A stretch of DNA of 64,000 nt from Verrucomicrobiota bacterium (GCA_003176045.1 PSRM01000108.1:4171-68170), one strand, 5' to 3'. Shown: positions 45,817 through 55,014, counted from the stretch's first letter. Translations and numbers: made by a program. The notes: generated by a model not told the origin, from the letters alone.

Positions 45817-45852
45817 TCCCCTTGCCTGCGCGAAGGCTGCGTCTAGCTATGC

Positions 45853-45934
45853 TCTGACCTCTGACTTCTGACCTCTTCCCCTTTGCGTCTTTGCTTCTTT
45901 GCGCCTTCGCGTTAAAGCTGTCCGCCTTTGCGTT
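45853..45934. repeat. Arrays (ctgacct)x3 and (ctttgcgt)x~4
   Basis: Read directly. The units recur at 47113..47192 (same orientation) and 48239..48268 (reverse complement). Confidence 0.85.
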
Positions 45935-45939
45935 AAGAC

Positions 45940-46950
45940 TTAAGCCGTCAGGTAAGCAGGCTCCTCCGAAATATCCATCTCGATTTCCTTCAACCAATTG
46001 GCCAGCCACGCCTTCGGAACCTTTGGACTGGTAGTCAGGTCAGGATGAGCCTGGATGGTAAGAGTCAGCCGGTTTTGGAAAGTCACACATCCGGCGCCCA
46101 CAAGCTGACAGCGCAGCACCGGCGGACTAAAGAACCAATCTCCAGTGCAATCCGGGTTATTGATCTTTTTCTCCGCGTCCCACTCTCCCAGGTTTGAGAA
46201 CCCGCCCAGATTCCATTGGGACATCGCCAAACCTTTGGTGATCAGGAATCGCCGCATCCCCTCGGTAATCATCGGGCCCGTGTGATACGCAAACCAGTTC
46301 GCCCAGTGCTCACCTCTGCCCAGGGCCGCGTAGATGTTCTTATGGATATTCTTTACGGTTTCGTAAGATTTCACCCTTACTCCCACGTAGCTGGAATGGT
46401 TGGCAATATCAGACCCGCGCGACACTTTGCCCCTGAGATTCACTGGAACCATCCACGGCACGACCGAAGACTGGTCCTGGAGGAAAGGGCGAATCGCTTT
46501 CGTGAGATGCTTGAGCAGAAATGAGTTTACCGTCACGCCACCCTTTCGGCACACGCGCCGGATCTGGACGGTGGTAGGCTCGCTAAACGCATGCCACGCC
46601 ACGGCGGGAGGTGGTTGCGGGCCAATGTCCGGCAGCGCCGGCCCGCGCTCCATCTCAAGCCATTTCAATGGCCGCCGGGGCTTCAGGTACTTGGGAAAAG
46701 CACGCACCGCGCATAAGGCGGAAGGGCCGGCCGGGTGCTTTAACTGCAAGAGCCGCCCTACCTCAGCCCCGCGCTCGCGAAGAATCTTTGCCAAACCGCC
46801 GATTCCATCAACCTCCGAATGAGGCAGAAAAGTCCATTCCGGCTCGCTACTACCCGGCCGCACACGGCCAAAGCGTATCCCGATAAATTCGCCGACAGCC
46901 TCGGCGGAGCTGAACCATGGGCGGATGGCATCTCTGGGTTCTTTTGGCAT
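45940..46950 (-). CDS. HxxxDG-motif acyltransferase (condensation / WS-DGAT-like superfamily)
   Basis: PHSEVDGIGG active-site-like motif near the N-terminus. About 336 aa and soluble. Neighbours are ADH, AlkB-like and FadL genes. Confidence 0.5.
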   Translation of the reverse strand: MPKEPRDAIRPWFSSAEAVGEFIGIRFGRVRPGSSEPEWTFLPHSEVDGIGGLAKILRERGAEVGRLLQLKHPAGPSALCAVRAFPKYLKPRRPLKWLEMERGPALPDIGPQPPPAVAWHAFSEPTTVQIRRVCRKGGVTVNSFLLKHLTKAIRPFLQDQSSVVPWMVPVNLRGKVSRGSDIANHSSYVGVRVKSYETVKNIHKNIYAALGRGEHWANWFAYHTGPMITEGMRRFLITKGLAMSQWNLGGFSNLGEWDAEKKINNPDCTGDWFFSPPVLRCQLVGAGCVTFQNRLTLTIQAHPDLTTSPKVPKAWLANWLKEIEMDISEEPAYLTA

Positions 46951-47112
46951 AGAATGGCAGATTTTTAACGATTTTAACTGAACTCGTCAATTAGGCTTTC
47001 TGCTTCAAACTGGCCGTTTATAGCTTTTTTGATGCCAGTTTTTGGACAGTTTAGGGGCGCGGACAGCCTTGTCCGCACATGCAGCCAAGGTAATGAGGCT
47101 TTGATGCTTTCC

Positions 47113-47192
47113 CTGACCTCCGACCTTTGTCTTCTGTCCTCTGACCTCTGACTTCCGACCTCTGACCTCCGACCTCTGACCTCTGACCTCTC
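47113..47192. repeat. 7-nt array (ctgacct/ccgacct) x11 abutting the ADH stop codon
   Basis: Eleven units read directly. It overlaps the TGA at 47191-47193 by 2 nt. Confidence 0.9.
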
Positions 47193-48207
47193 ACCCCATC
47201 GTGAGCACCACTCGGAATCGCGCTTTGCCGCTCATCATCCGGATATAGGCTTCACTGACGCGATCGAACGGATAGGTTTCGTTCATCGAACGCACGCCCG
47301 TAAGCACACTGAAGCCAAGGGTATCCTGCGAATCCACGGCGGTGCCCGAATACCAGCCCTTGATCGAGCGCTTGCCGGTAATCAGCACCAACGGCGACAC
47401 GGTCAGGTTGTCTGCGGCGCCGATTACCATCAATGTGCCGTTCGGCCCGAGGCCGCTCTGGACCGCGCTCATGGCCTGGCCGCTGGTTACGGTAGCCAGG
47501 ATCGCCTTTGCACCGCCCAGTTTCTGCAACTCCGCGGCGGGATCCTGCGTCTGGCTGTTGATATAGTGATGCGCTCCGAGTTTTTGAGCCAAGGGGCCTT
47601 TATCGTCTCCGCGCGCGATGCCCACTGTGCGAAATCCCATTTTGACAGCGTATTGCACCCCCAAATGTCCAAGTCCTCCAAGCCCGAGAACAGCGACCAG
47701 GTCGCCTGGCCGCGCCCCGCTGTTGCGCAGTGCGTTGTAAGTGGTGATCCCCGCGCACATTAACGGCGCTGCCTCGACCGGCGTCAACTCGTCGGGCACA
47801 AGCGCCACCGCGACGCTTGGAGCGACCATGTACTGGGCGTAACCGCCGTCGAAAGAAATGCCCGTGACCTGGAGTGCCACTTTGCAGGCAAAGAAATCCC
47901 CGGCCCGACAGTTGTCGCAATGCCCGCAATGGCCTCCGTGCCAACCCACGCCCACACGCTGGCCGACTTTCCATTGCGTAACACCAGGGCCAAGGGCATC
48001 GACCACCCCAACGACTTCATGGCCGGGCACGCGAGGGTATTGCAGGCCCGGCCAATGGCCTTCCTTGACGAGGGAATCGCTGTGGCAAATGCCGCAGGCC
48101 TGAACTTTGATTCGCACCTGGTCATTGCCAGGCTGAGGGATTTCACGTTCAACGATTTCGAAATTGCCGCCTGGGCGGCCCACTTGTGCAGCGCGCATTT
48201 TTGGCAT
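47191..48207 (-). CDS. Zinc-dependent alcohol dehydrogenase
   Basis: GICHSD, GHEVVGVV, structural-zinc Cys cluster GHCGHCDNCRAGDFFAC, NAD fold LGLGGLGHLGVQYA. Confidence 0.9.
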   Translation of the reverse strand: MPKMRAAQVGRPGGNFEIVEREIPQPGNDQVRIKVQACGICHSDSLVKEGHWPGLQYPRVPGHEVVGVVDALGPGVTQWKVGQRVGVGWHGGHCGHCDNCRAGDFFACKVALQVTGISFDGGYAQYMVAPSVAVALVPDELTPVEAAPLMCAGITTYNALRNSGARPGDLVAVLGLGGLGHLGVQYAVKMGFRTVGIARGDDKGPLAQKLGAHHYINSQTQDPAAELQKLGGAKAILATVTSGQAMSAVQSGLGPNGTLMVIGAADNLTVSPLVLITGKRSIKGWYSGTAVDSQDTLGFSVLTGVRSMNETYPFDRVSEAYIRMMSGKARFRVVLTMG

Positions 48208-48238
48208 AGAAACTCCGGATTAAGCTCATCTATTTTAA

Positions 48239-48268
48239 CGCAAAGACGCAAAGACGCAAAGGCGCAGG
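48239..48268. repeat. 8-nt array (acgcaaag) x3
   Basis: Reverse complement of the ctttgcgt units at 45881..45934. Confidence 0.85.
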
Positions 48269-48350
48269 GCTTCTGCAGCCGTAGTAATTTTTATAGGCTG
48301 GATGGGCTGGATCAGAGCTTCCCCACCGCCCGTTCAAGAAAGGCAAAAGA

Positions 48351-48437
48351 GGAGCGCACAACTCTGTTGTGCGTGGCTGTTGGCTGCGTTTTCCCTCAGG
48401 AGCCACGAACGACTCGCACAACAGAGTTGTGCGCTCC
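48351..48437. repeat. Inverted repeat ggagcgcacaactctgttgtgcg / cgcacaacagagttgtgcgctcc
   Basis: Same family as 24197..24256. Followed by the tctccccttccgaaggggagaggg hairpin (~48504-48530). Confidence 0.8.
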
Positions 48438-48681
48438 GGTCTTGAACGCACCCTGAGTCCCCCCAGGGTCGGCTCTGCCGAGAAAGACCCCTCACCCCGG
48501 CCCTCTCCCCTTCCGAAGGGGAGAGGGAGAATCGCCGGCCGGTTATCCTGCAAAGGCAAGTTTGGGGGTTCAATGCGCGGAAATGTCCGGGGAATTTTTA
48601 TGTCGGCTGATACAGGCATTTTCACTTTGGGGTCCATACCCCAATAGAACGATGGCCCCATTGCGCTAGGGTGAGGTTCTT

Positions 48682-49170
48682 ATGAAGACTAAAGTGAAAT
48701 ATATTCCGGAAAACTTCCACGCCGTTACGCCGTATCTCACCGTGAAAAACGCGGCCAAGGCCATTGAGTTCTACAAACGCGGGCTCGGCGCGCGCGAACG
48801 CGTCCGTATGCCGATGCCCGACGGCAAAATAGCGCACGCGGAATTGCAGATTGGAGACTCGATTATCATGCTGGGCGAAGAATGTCCCGAGCATGGAAGC
48901 GTCTCTCCGCAAACCCTCGAAGGATCGCCAGTGACGTTGTCCCTGTATGTAGAAAACGTAGATAACGCGTTCAACCAGGCCGTGGGTGCAGGCGCCTCAG
49001 TGAAGGAGCCCGTCGAGAACAAGTTCTGGGGAGATCGCGCCGGTTCGGTCACTGACCCGTTCGGGCACAGGTGGATGCTCATGACTCACGTCGAAGACGT
49101 GCCTCCCGATCAGATGAAGCAGCGAATGGCGGAGGCGTTCTCGATGGCCTCAGCAGACAACAGAAAATGA
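48682..49170 (+). CDS. VOC/glyoxalase-fold protein (PhnB-like)
   Basis: FHAVTPYLTVKNAAKAIEFYKRGLGA...IAHAELQIGDSIIMLGEE...KFWGDRAGSVTDPFGHRWMLMTHVED. Confidence 0.85.
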   Translation: MKTKVKYIPENFHAVTPYLTVKNAAKAIEFYKRGLGARERVRMPMPDGKIAHAELQIGDSIIMLGEECPEHGSVSPQTLEGSPVTLSLYVENVDNAFNQAVGAGASVKEPVENKFWGDRAGSVTDPFGHRWMLMTHVEDVPPDQMKQRMAEAFSMASADNRK

Positions 49171-49245
49171 AAGGGCGCTCAACCGGTAGTTAAACCGCGG
49201 GTGCAATTATTTCAGTCGGCCATTGATGGGCGGTCCCAGGAAAAG

Positions 49246-49365
49246 CGGTCCCGATTGGGATCGGGACCGCACTCCAAGACGCTGCCGCGATTTTCGTGCT
49301 TTCTCCAAAAAGCCGAAGGTTTTGGAGTGCGGCAGCCCTCTGCCGCTTTTGCTTCAAACGGCTTG
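49246..49365. repeat. Hairpin gcggtcccgat/atcgggaccgc followed by dispersed repeat family A (ggagtgcggcagc...ctgccgc)
   Basis: Lies between the convergent VOC and AlkB-like genes. A family A relative lies at 55300..55430. Confidence 0.7.
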
Positions 49366-49391
49366 TGCGACTGACAGATTTAATAGCACCC

Positions 49392-50633
49392 TTAAACCGC
49401 TTCTGTGGCCACGGGTATCAGGGCCTTCAACCTGGGATGAATGACCCTGCGCCACCAGGGCGGCAGGAAGACCACGGCAATGGCCCAGAAATAGCCGACG
49501 GGGAGTTTGGGAGCTTCCGGTTCGGTGGCCAGCAAGTAATAAGGCTTCACCGCCAGGTGATGGTAGGAGTGATGGCCCACCCGGAAGCTTACGTAGCTCG
49601 AGAAGAAATGATACGTATCCCATGAGTGTTCGGCCGCCGCTTTCTCGTATTCCCCATCTCTTTGCTGCCGCATCAGACCGTAGTGCTGGATGTAGTTGAC
49701 CGACTCGAGGACGATGTGGGAACCAAGGACCTGCGCCAGATAGAATAAAAGCCCCGCGATGCCAAAGAAAAAATAGAGACCGGCCAACATCGCAAGCTGA
49801 ACCATCGCGTAGAGGATCATCTTGTTGCGCAAAACGCGCAAACTACTGGCGCGGTCTGACCCGGTCAGATGCTTCGATTCGATTTCCCAGCATCGAATTG
49901 CGCTGCCGGGGATCGTGCGGAAAATGTACGAGTAAATGCTCTCATTGAGCCATGCTGTGTTTTCGTCGTGGTCGGTGCTCGTGTGAACGTGATGGCTGCG
50001 GACATGAATCAGCTTGTAGTGGGGATAACACAAGAAACAGGTAACGATCCGCTGCAACACCTGGTCAATTCTGGTTTTTCCGTGCAACAGCTCGTGCGCC
50101 GCGGCAAAGCCGATTCCACCCAGCAAGCTGCATGAGCCAATCAGCATGGCTGTTTCCACGGCTGTGAATCGTTCTATCGTCATTGCCAGGTACAGCACAA
50201 ATCCCATGTAAAGGAGCGCATAAAGACGGGGGTTCCAATTCAGCAAAGAAATCTCCGCCCGGGGGAGGTCGGCTTTCTCAAAATGCGCCGTGTCTTGCCA
50301 ACCGGTGATCAAATCCAGCAGCGGCACAACCACCTGCAGGAATACTGGTATTATCAACAGCCAATAGCCGCCGCGATGAATTCCCAGTGCAAACATTGGA
50401 AACAACAAAAGGGGAAACAGGCAAAAAGCCACATGCCAGAATTTGCCCAATCTGGCGGCGTGGTCCGCTGCGTTTGATCGCACAGGCTTGACCGCGACGT
50501 TTTGCTCCAGCGACAAGTTAATTTGGGTATTCATGGGAACTATATATGAAAACCAAAGCGGCCGGTCAACGGTAGAAGCGACAGACGATAATAAGCTGGG
50601 TAATGGCAAGACACGGCTGTCGGGCTTATCCAA
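49392..50633 (-). CDS. AlkB-like integral-membrane alkane-1-monooxygenase / fatty-acid-desaturase family protein
   Basis: His boxes AHELLHGK, HVRSHHVHTSTDHDENTA and VGHHSYHH, plus NYIQHYGL. Multiple TM helices. The start may instead be ATG 50534. Confidence 0.75.
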   Translation of the reverse strand: MDKPDSRVLPLPSLLSSVASTVDRPLWFSYIVPMNTQINLSLEQNVAVKPVRSNAADHAARLGKFWHVAFCLFPLLLFPMFALGIHRGGYWLLIIPVFLQVVVPLLDLITGWQDTAHFEKADLPRAEISLLNWNPRLYALLYMGFVLYLAMTIERFTAVETAMLIGSCSLLGGIGFAAAHELLHGKTRIDQVLQRIVTCFLCYPHYKLIHVRSHHVHTSTDHDENTAWLNESIYSYIFRTIPGSAIRCWEIESKHLTGSDRASSLRVLRNKMILYAMVQLAMLAGLYFFFGIAGLLFYLAQVLGSHIVLESVNYIQHYGLMRQQRDGEYEKAAAEHSWDTYHFFSSYVSFRVGHHSYHHLAVKPYYLLATEPEAPKLPVGYFWAIAVVFLPPWWRRVIHPRLKALIPVATEAV

Positions 50634-50664
50634 CCGCGGTTAATCACACCCGCCTGCCGCGTCA

Positions 50665-50800
50665 GCCGAATCCTGCTCTTTCTTTTTGTTGCATTGCGGT
50701 GCATCCTGTTGTTTTGCGCGGACCAGCCTGCCCCAGTCTTCGGCCGGGTAAGCGATGGCATCCGCGCTCCTTAGACAATGCCAGAGTTTCTTTCGATTGG
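50665..50800 (+). repeat. Left copy of a ~136-bp imperfect direct repeat bounding the island
   Basis: Hand alignment with 62923..63058 gives about 21 mismatches plus 2 single-nt indels (~83% identity). Similarity ends abruptly on both sides. Confidence 0.85.
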
Positions 50801-50864
50801 TTTATGAATCGGCAGCGAGGCAGCGCGAACACAACCTCCGAGCGAACACGACGCACTTCTTAGT

Positions 50865-51371
50865 ATGGGAGCTACAGGCTGGAATTATTTTGTGCCTTAC
50901 GAGGCAAACGTTGAAGCTGCTCTGCAGAAGCTGAGGGCGGACGTATTCAAAAGTGGCAAATACGGCCAGGCGCAGGCCTTGCCACCAGAGCTCTTGGCCA
51001 GCCTGCCACCGGACGCCAGGCAGGCCTGGGAGAACCTGCGCGAACTGGAGGCGCAGCGGCTTGGCGGGCCAGCGAGAAAATTCGGCACCATTGATGAGCT
51101 TTTGGAAGCGGCCGCGGAAGACGGGACCCACTCGATTCTGGACATTCAATGCACAGCCTCCGAGCCGGATTTCGGAGTCGCATGGCCGGCACCGGACGAG
51201 GTAGTGCGGCGAGTGTACGGAACTGAGCGCCCCAGCCGTGCCCAGATCGAAGCTCAGCAGGGAAACATTTCTGAAGCATTGGAATTGGAGAGATGGCAGG
51301 CAGTGTACGTGCTGGTGTATGATCAGGGAAAACCAGCCGAGATTTATTTTGAGGGAGTATCTGGTGACTAA
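50865..51371 (+). CDS. Hypothetical cytoplasmic protein (168 aa)
   Basis: MGATGWNYFVPYEANVEAAL...GTHSILDIQ...YFEGVSGD. No signal peptide. No family recognised. Confidence 0.55.
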   Translation: MGATGWNYFVPYEANVEAALQKLRADVFKSGKYGQAQALPPELLASLPPDARQAWENLRELEAQRLGGPARKFGTIDELLEAAAEDGTHSILDIQCTASEPDFGVAWPAPDEVVRRVYGTERPSRAQIEAQQGNISEALELERWQAVYVLVYDQGKPAEIYFEGVSGD

Positions 51372-52422
51372 GTCTCATAACACTTGCGGGGTGCTGTTCA
51401 CCTTCACTGCCCTTCTCTGCTTCTACCCGGCCTGCTTTTCTACCGACGCGCCAACCAGCGGCAGGACAACCAATCAGCTCGGCGAAAGGCTCATTTTGCT
51501 GAAATCTGGCGAATCGAATAAATCCGGGCTGGTTTCGTATGGTCTTTATTGTGTAGTGAGCGGCTCTCGCGCTGCCTCCAATGCTCCACCCGGAGGCGAT
51601 CTGGTGCTCGTAATGCGAAACAACGGAGCCAAGTGGATCGACCTGGACCATGTCACAGTCGAGGATTTCAGCCTGCTGGATGCACAGGGCAAGCAGATGA
51701 AGCTCTATTTGTGGAGTTCACCGCGTGGCATGGCCTACGGAGACTCTGACGTGTTTCACTTGATCGTGCATCACTCTACAGATTCCCCGCAGCCTTGGAT
51801 ATTGCGCTTCAAATCCAAGCCCAAAGCTTTTGTGCCAGTGGATCTTTCAATTACAGGCATTGAGCCTCGGAAGTCTGGGAGCACCGCCACACTTGATGCG
51901 GACAGTTTGGGCACGCTTCTGAATTCAGCTAAGCCATGGCCTGGCATGGGCACTAACTACCCACGGTCTAGCTGGAGCCAACTGGTCCGCGTCGCCGAGA
52001 TTATTCAACACAGTCCTCCTGCTGCAGTTGAGAAGGTGCTGCACGAGTATCAGTTTAAAGATGGTGACGAGGAAGTAGATCCGCGACGGTTGATGGAACA
52101 ACTCGATCGGGACAGCAAACTCTTCCTTCTTATGCGGATTATTTTTAATTTGCCTGAGGCAGCGCCCGAAAAAAAAGAAAATCGGTTTGTCTCTGATGGT
52201 TGGATGTCGCGATGGAATAAGTCAGGCCAAGGAACTGAGCCTAGGAACACAATTAACCTCGCTTGGCCGATCACCTGGCAAGCTGGAAACCCGAGACTCC
52301 TTACCGGTTCCAGCGGTTATCAGGGTCAACGCTACGACGCGGCCGCGGAGTATGCCTTCTACCAGCAGAGATTTAGTTTCCGTGATCTTTCTGAATTTAA
52401 GGAGGAAGCGAAAAGTAAGTGA
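51364..52422 (+). CDS. Hypothetical exported protein (start taken as GTG 51364)
   Basis: In-frame GTG overlaps the upstream stop by 8 nt and is followed by the signal-like segment TKSHNTCGVLFTFTALLCFYPACFS. Confidence 0.5.
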   Translation: MTKSHNTCGVLFTFTALLCFYPACFSTDAPTSGRTTNQLGERLILLKSGESNKSGLVSYGLYCVVSGSRAASNAPPGGDLVLVMRNNGAKWIDLDHVTVEDFSLLDAQGKQMKLYLWSSPRGMAYGDSDVFHLIVHHSTDSPQPWILRFKSKPKAFVPVDLSITGIEPRKSGSTATLDADSLGTLLNSAKPWPGMGTNYPRSSWSQLVRVAEIIQHSPPAAVEKVLHEYQFKDGDEEVDPRRLMEQLDRDSKLFLLMRIIFNLPEAAPEKKENRFVSDGWMSRWNKSGQGTEPRNTINLAWPITWQAGNPRLLTGSSGYQGQRYDAAAEYAFYQQRFSFRDLSEFKEEAKSK

Positions 52423-52507
52423 GCGCGAGAGGCCGAATATCGTTATTGCATTACGCCGCTCGCTTCAGCGGCTGTGGCTGAGCTTAGACCAAACTGACCT
52501 GCTCCTT

Positions 52508-53686
52508 ATGAAGACGGTTGTCTTTGCGTCAGTTTTCGCAGTTTTGGAGTCGTGCGCTCCTGCTGAGTCTGTTCACCAGTTGTTCGCAAAAGGCCCGGAC
52601 GCGGTCACATTGGAGTTCGTTCAAACGAACCTTGCTCCTGTGGACCAGCAGGATGACTACAAATGCACCACGCTCCATTACGCGGCACGATACGGAAGGA
52701 TTGAGACTGCGAAATGGCTCATTGCCCATGAAGCTGACGTGAATACCGTTTCATACAATCAGTTTACGCCGATGCACATGGTAAGCGACGCCAAGCTGGC
52801 GCAGCTTCTGATTAAGGCTGGCGCAGACCTTGGAAAGAAGGACGCCTGGGGCAAGACGCCCCTGCAGAACGCTGCCGAAGAGCGTCGCACCAATGTATGC
52901 GAGGCAATTCTCGCCTCAGGGTTTCCGATTGACCTGTCCTCTGCCTTGAGGCTCGAAAAGCGCGACTTGGCGAAGAAGATGATTAGAGACAACCCGAAAA
53001 TGGTGAAGATCGTCGAGGTGGGTTCCGATCTTTGGAACGACACCTCACCCTTGGGTGTCGCGGCAACGCAGGGCGATCAGGAGTTGGTTCGGTTGCTGCT
53101 GAAAGCAGGCGCTCCGGTGAATGCCGTGACAGATAGACCAACCACGGGGGGTATGACGGCTCTTTGCAACGCAGTTTGGGCAGGACATTACGAGGTCGCC
53201 AAGATCTTATGCGAGGCTGGGGCGGAATGCAACATGACCGGTGGAAAGTTTTATCCCCGGTTGCTGGATTATGCGCTGAGACACTCAGACAGGAAGACGG
53301 TGAGCTTATTGGTTAAATATGGAGCGACCCCAGGCATCAAAGGACGCCATGCCGGGGCAGAGTCACGAACCTGGGCCTTTAATTCTCCAATCGGGCGCAT
53401 CGGCGTCAACGAAACCGTCCACTGGACGGATGCCGCAGGTCAGGAGATTGGCTTGTGGGAAAGTGACCGAGAAGACAAGCCGACTGATAAGCGGCGCTGC
53501 CAAATAAAAGTCTTGCTCGGCGCTAGTAGGCCTTTCTCAATACCGCTGTCGCTTGCGGGCGTTGCGGGCGTTGCCGCCGCTGGGACAGCCCTGCTCTGCA
53601 TTGGACTCCTTATGAGTTTGCGCGTATTTCGGCACCGAACACAGAACCCGCGATCGCTCCGGCACCTTGCATCGCCTCCTGGCTGA
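52508..53686 (+). CDS. Ankyrin-repeat protein with N-terminal signal peptide and C-terminal TM anchor
   Basis: ATG 52508 (MKTVVFASVFAVLESCAPA). ANK repeats (TTLHYAARYGRIETAKWLIAHEADVN, FTPMHMV..AQLLIKAGADL, GKTPLQNAA, MTALCNAVWAGHYEVAKILCEAGAE). TM segment LAGVAGVAAAGTALLCIGLLMSL. Confidence 0.8.
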   Translation: MKTVVFASVFAVLESCAPAESVHQLFAKGPDAVTLEFVQTNLAPVDQQDDYKCTTLHYAARYGRIETAKWLIAHEADVNTVSYNQFTPMHMVSDAKLAQLLIKAGADLGKKDAWGKTPLQNAAEERRTNVCEAILASGFPIDLSSALRLEKRDLAKKMIRDNPKMVKIVEVGSDLWNDTSPLGVAATQGDQELVRLLLKAGAPVNAVTDRPTTGGMTALCNAVWAGHYEVAKILCEAGAECNMTGGKFYPRLLDYALRHSDRKTVSLLVKYGATPGIKGRHAGAESRTWAFNSPIGRIGVNETVHWTDAAGQEIGLWESDREDKPTDKRRCQIKVLLGASRPFSIPLSLAGVAGVAAAGTALLCIGLLMSLRVFRHRTQNPRSLRHLASPPG

Positions 53687-53702
53687 GGGCATCATTACCT
53701 TT

Positions 53703-54113
53703 ATGCGCCGCTCTGTTGTCATCCTGATCGCGTGGGCAATGGGTTGGTTGGTTTATATGATTGCGATGGTGATGACGGTATATGATGGAGTTCTCTCGCT
53801 CTTGTTTCAGCCAATTATGGCGGCCTTCTTCAGCGCGGCGTTTGTGGGAATTGCGCTCCTCATTGGACTAATTCTGCGTATCCCAGCAATTAGCAGGGCC
53901 TGGCGTTCGAGTCGCTTGATAGCCGTTGGGCTTGCCGCGCTGAGCGTTTTCCTAATGCTTTTTGGCTCCTCCATGGGTTTGACTCAAACTCTGACCGACT
54001 ACAGAACGGGCAGTCATTTCGTAAGCTTGCATTGGGCTGTTGCATTTGGGTCCTATTTCGTTCTGCTGTTCGCGATTGCAAACTTTCCGCTTCGGAAAGC
54101 AGGTGCCCCCTAA
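53703..54113 (+). CDS. Hypothetical 4-TM membrane protein
   Basis: MRRSVVILIAWAMGWLVYMIAMVM... followed by further helices. ATG 53667 is an alternative start. Confidence 0.5.
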   Translation: MRRSVVILIAWAMGWLVYMIAMVMTVYDGVLSLLFQPIMAAFFSAAFVGIALLIGLILRIPAISRAWRSSRLIAVGLAALSVFLMLFGSSMGLTQTLTDYRTGSHFVSLHWAVAFGSYFVLLFAIANFPLRKAGAP

Positions 54114-54304
54114 TGAAACCAAAGCCGGAGCCGGAACCGAGCAAACCGCCGCCGCGACCACCATGTGGTCCGAAGGTGGCCACTGGCTTTGGCGACGATG
54201 ACCCGGACCCGAGGAGCAAACTGAAGAAGGAGAGCGTTCGCATCAACTTGCCTCCGAAACCTTCCCCGGCAGTAACGATCAAGTTCCCGCCGACGAAGAC
54301 ATGA
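54113..54304 (+). CDS. Small Pro/Lys-rich protein (63 aa)
   Basis: TAATG stop/start overlap with the preceding gene. MKPKPEPEPSKPPPRPPCGPK...KKESVRINLPPKPSPAVTIKFPPTKT. Confidence 0.4.
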   Translation: MKPKPEPEPSKPPPRPPCGPKVATGFGDDDPDPRSKLKKESVRINLPPKPSPAVTIKFPPTKT

Positions 54305-54311
54305 TCTTGCT

Positions 54312-54887
54312 CTATATGCACTCCACGACACTTCGGTATGCGTAAGGAAAGAAGAGCAGTCCTGCCATGAAGAAGCTCAATGGTTCGTCGGGAAACAGCG
54401 AACCGGAATGGACTACGTCTGTAAAACACAGAAATGATGCAATGGTGAATCCAATTGTGACAACCACCCCAACTCCTCTGTTTTCCGTCAATGGACCGAC
54501 CGGCGAGCCTGTTACGGAAAACAGCCAACATGCGAAAAGGAACGTAGCCCCGGAAAAAACTACTCCCTGCGCGAACGTCAGTTCGAAAAAGTATGCGAGC
54601 AGGGCGCCGAGAAAAGCAGCCCCTGCCAAAAAGCTCGGGACAACCCAACTGAACTTCGAACGAGCCAACATTGCTCCAAAAATTCCAATCACGTAACCAA
54701 GCCATGTGCCCACTACAATCACGCCTGCAAAGATTAGCAGTGCATTGATGGGCTCATTCGTACCCTTGAGCTGCTCGGACACATTCTGAATACCGTCGCA
54801 GATAGGCGTTGCGAAAAGGACGAGCAGCATGACGCCGACCCCTGCGCCTATAGACGCGCCGATATAGCCTGGACGCTGTTGGATCAC
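54312..54887 (-). CDS. Hypothetical multi-pass membrane protein (only minus-strand gene of the island)
   Basis: Five to six hydrophobic helices, e.g. GASIGAGVGVMLLVLFATPI and ALLIFAGVIVVGTWLGYVIGIFGAML. Confidence 0.55.
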   Translation of the reverse strand: MIQQRPGYIGASIGAGVGVMLLVLFATPICDGIQNVSEQLKGTNEPINALLIFAGVIVVGTWLGYVIGIFGAMLARSKFSWVVPSFLAGAAFLGALLAYFFELTFAQGVVFSGATFLFACWLFSVTGSPVGPLTENRGVGVVVTIGFTIASFLCFTDVVHSGSLFPDEPLSFFMAGLLFFPYAYRSVVECI

Positions 54888-55014
54888 GGAAGTGGTTTAA
54901 GAGTTCAACAAAATCCGCAAATGATTCTGGTTCGTGTTCATAATGTATTTGGACAGGGTTTACGAAAGAACGTCACTCGAAGGCTGGGCAGTAACCCATC
55001 TTGCACGCATTTTC

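Noticed and set aside
12444-48268. The many short tandem arrays could be mistaken for CRISPR arrays.
   Set aside because: Units are 6-12 nt with no unique spacers between them, arrays are under 90 nt, and no cas genes are present.
49223-49625. Small ORFs in the VOC/AlkB spacer and in 55001..55572.
   Set aside because: They coincide with repeat families A, B and C. The same words occur in both orientations elsewhere, which is not expected for genes.
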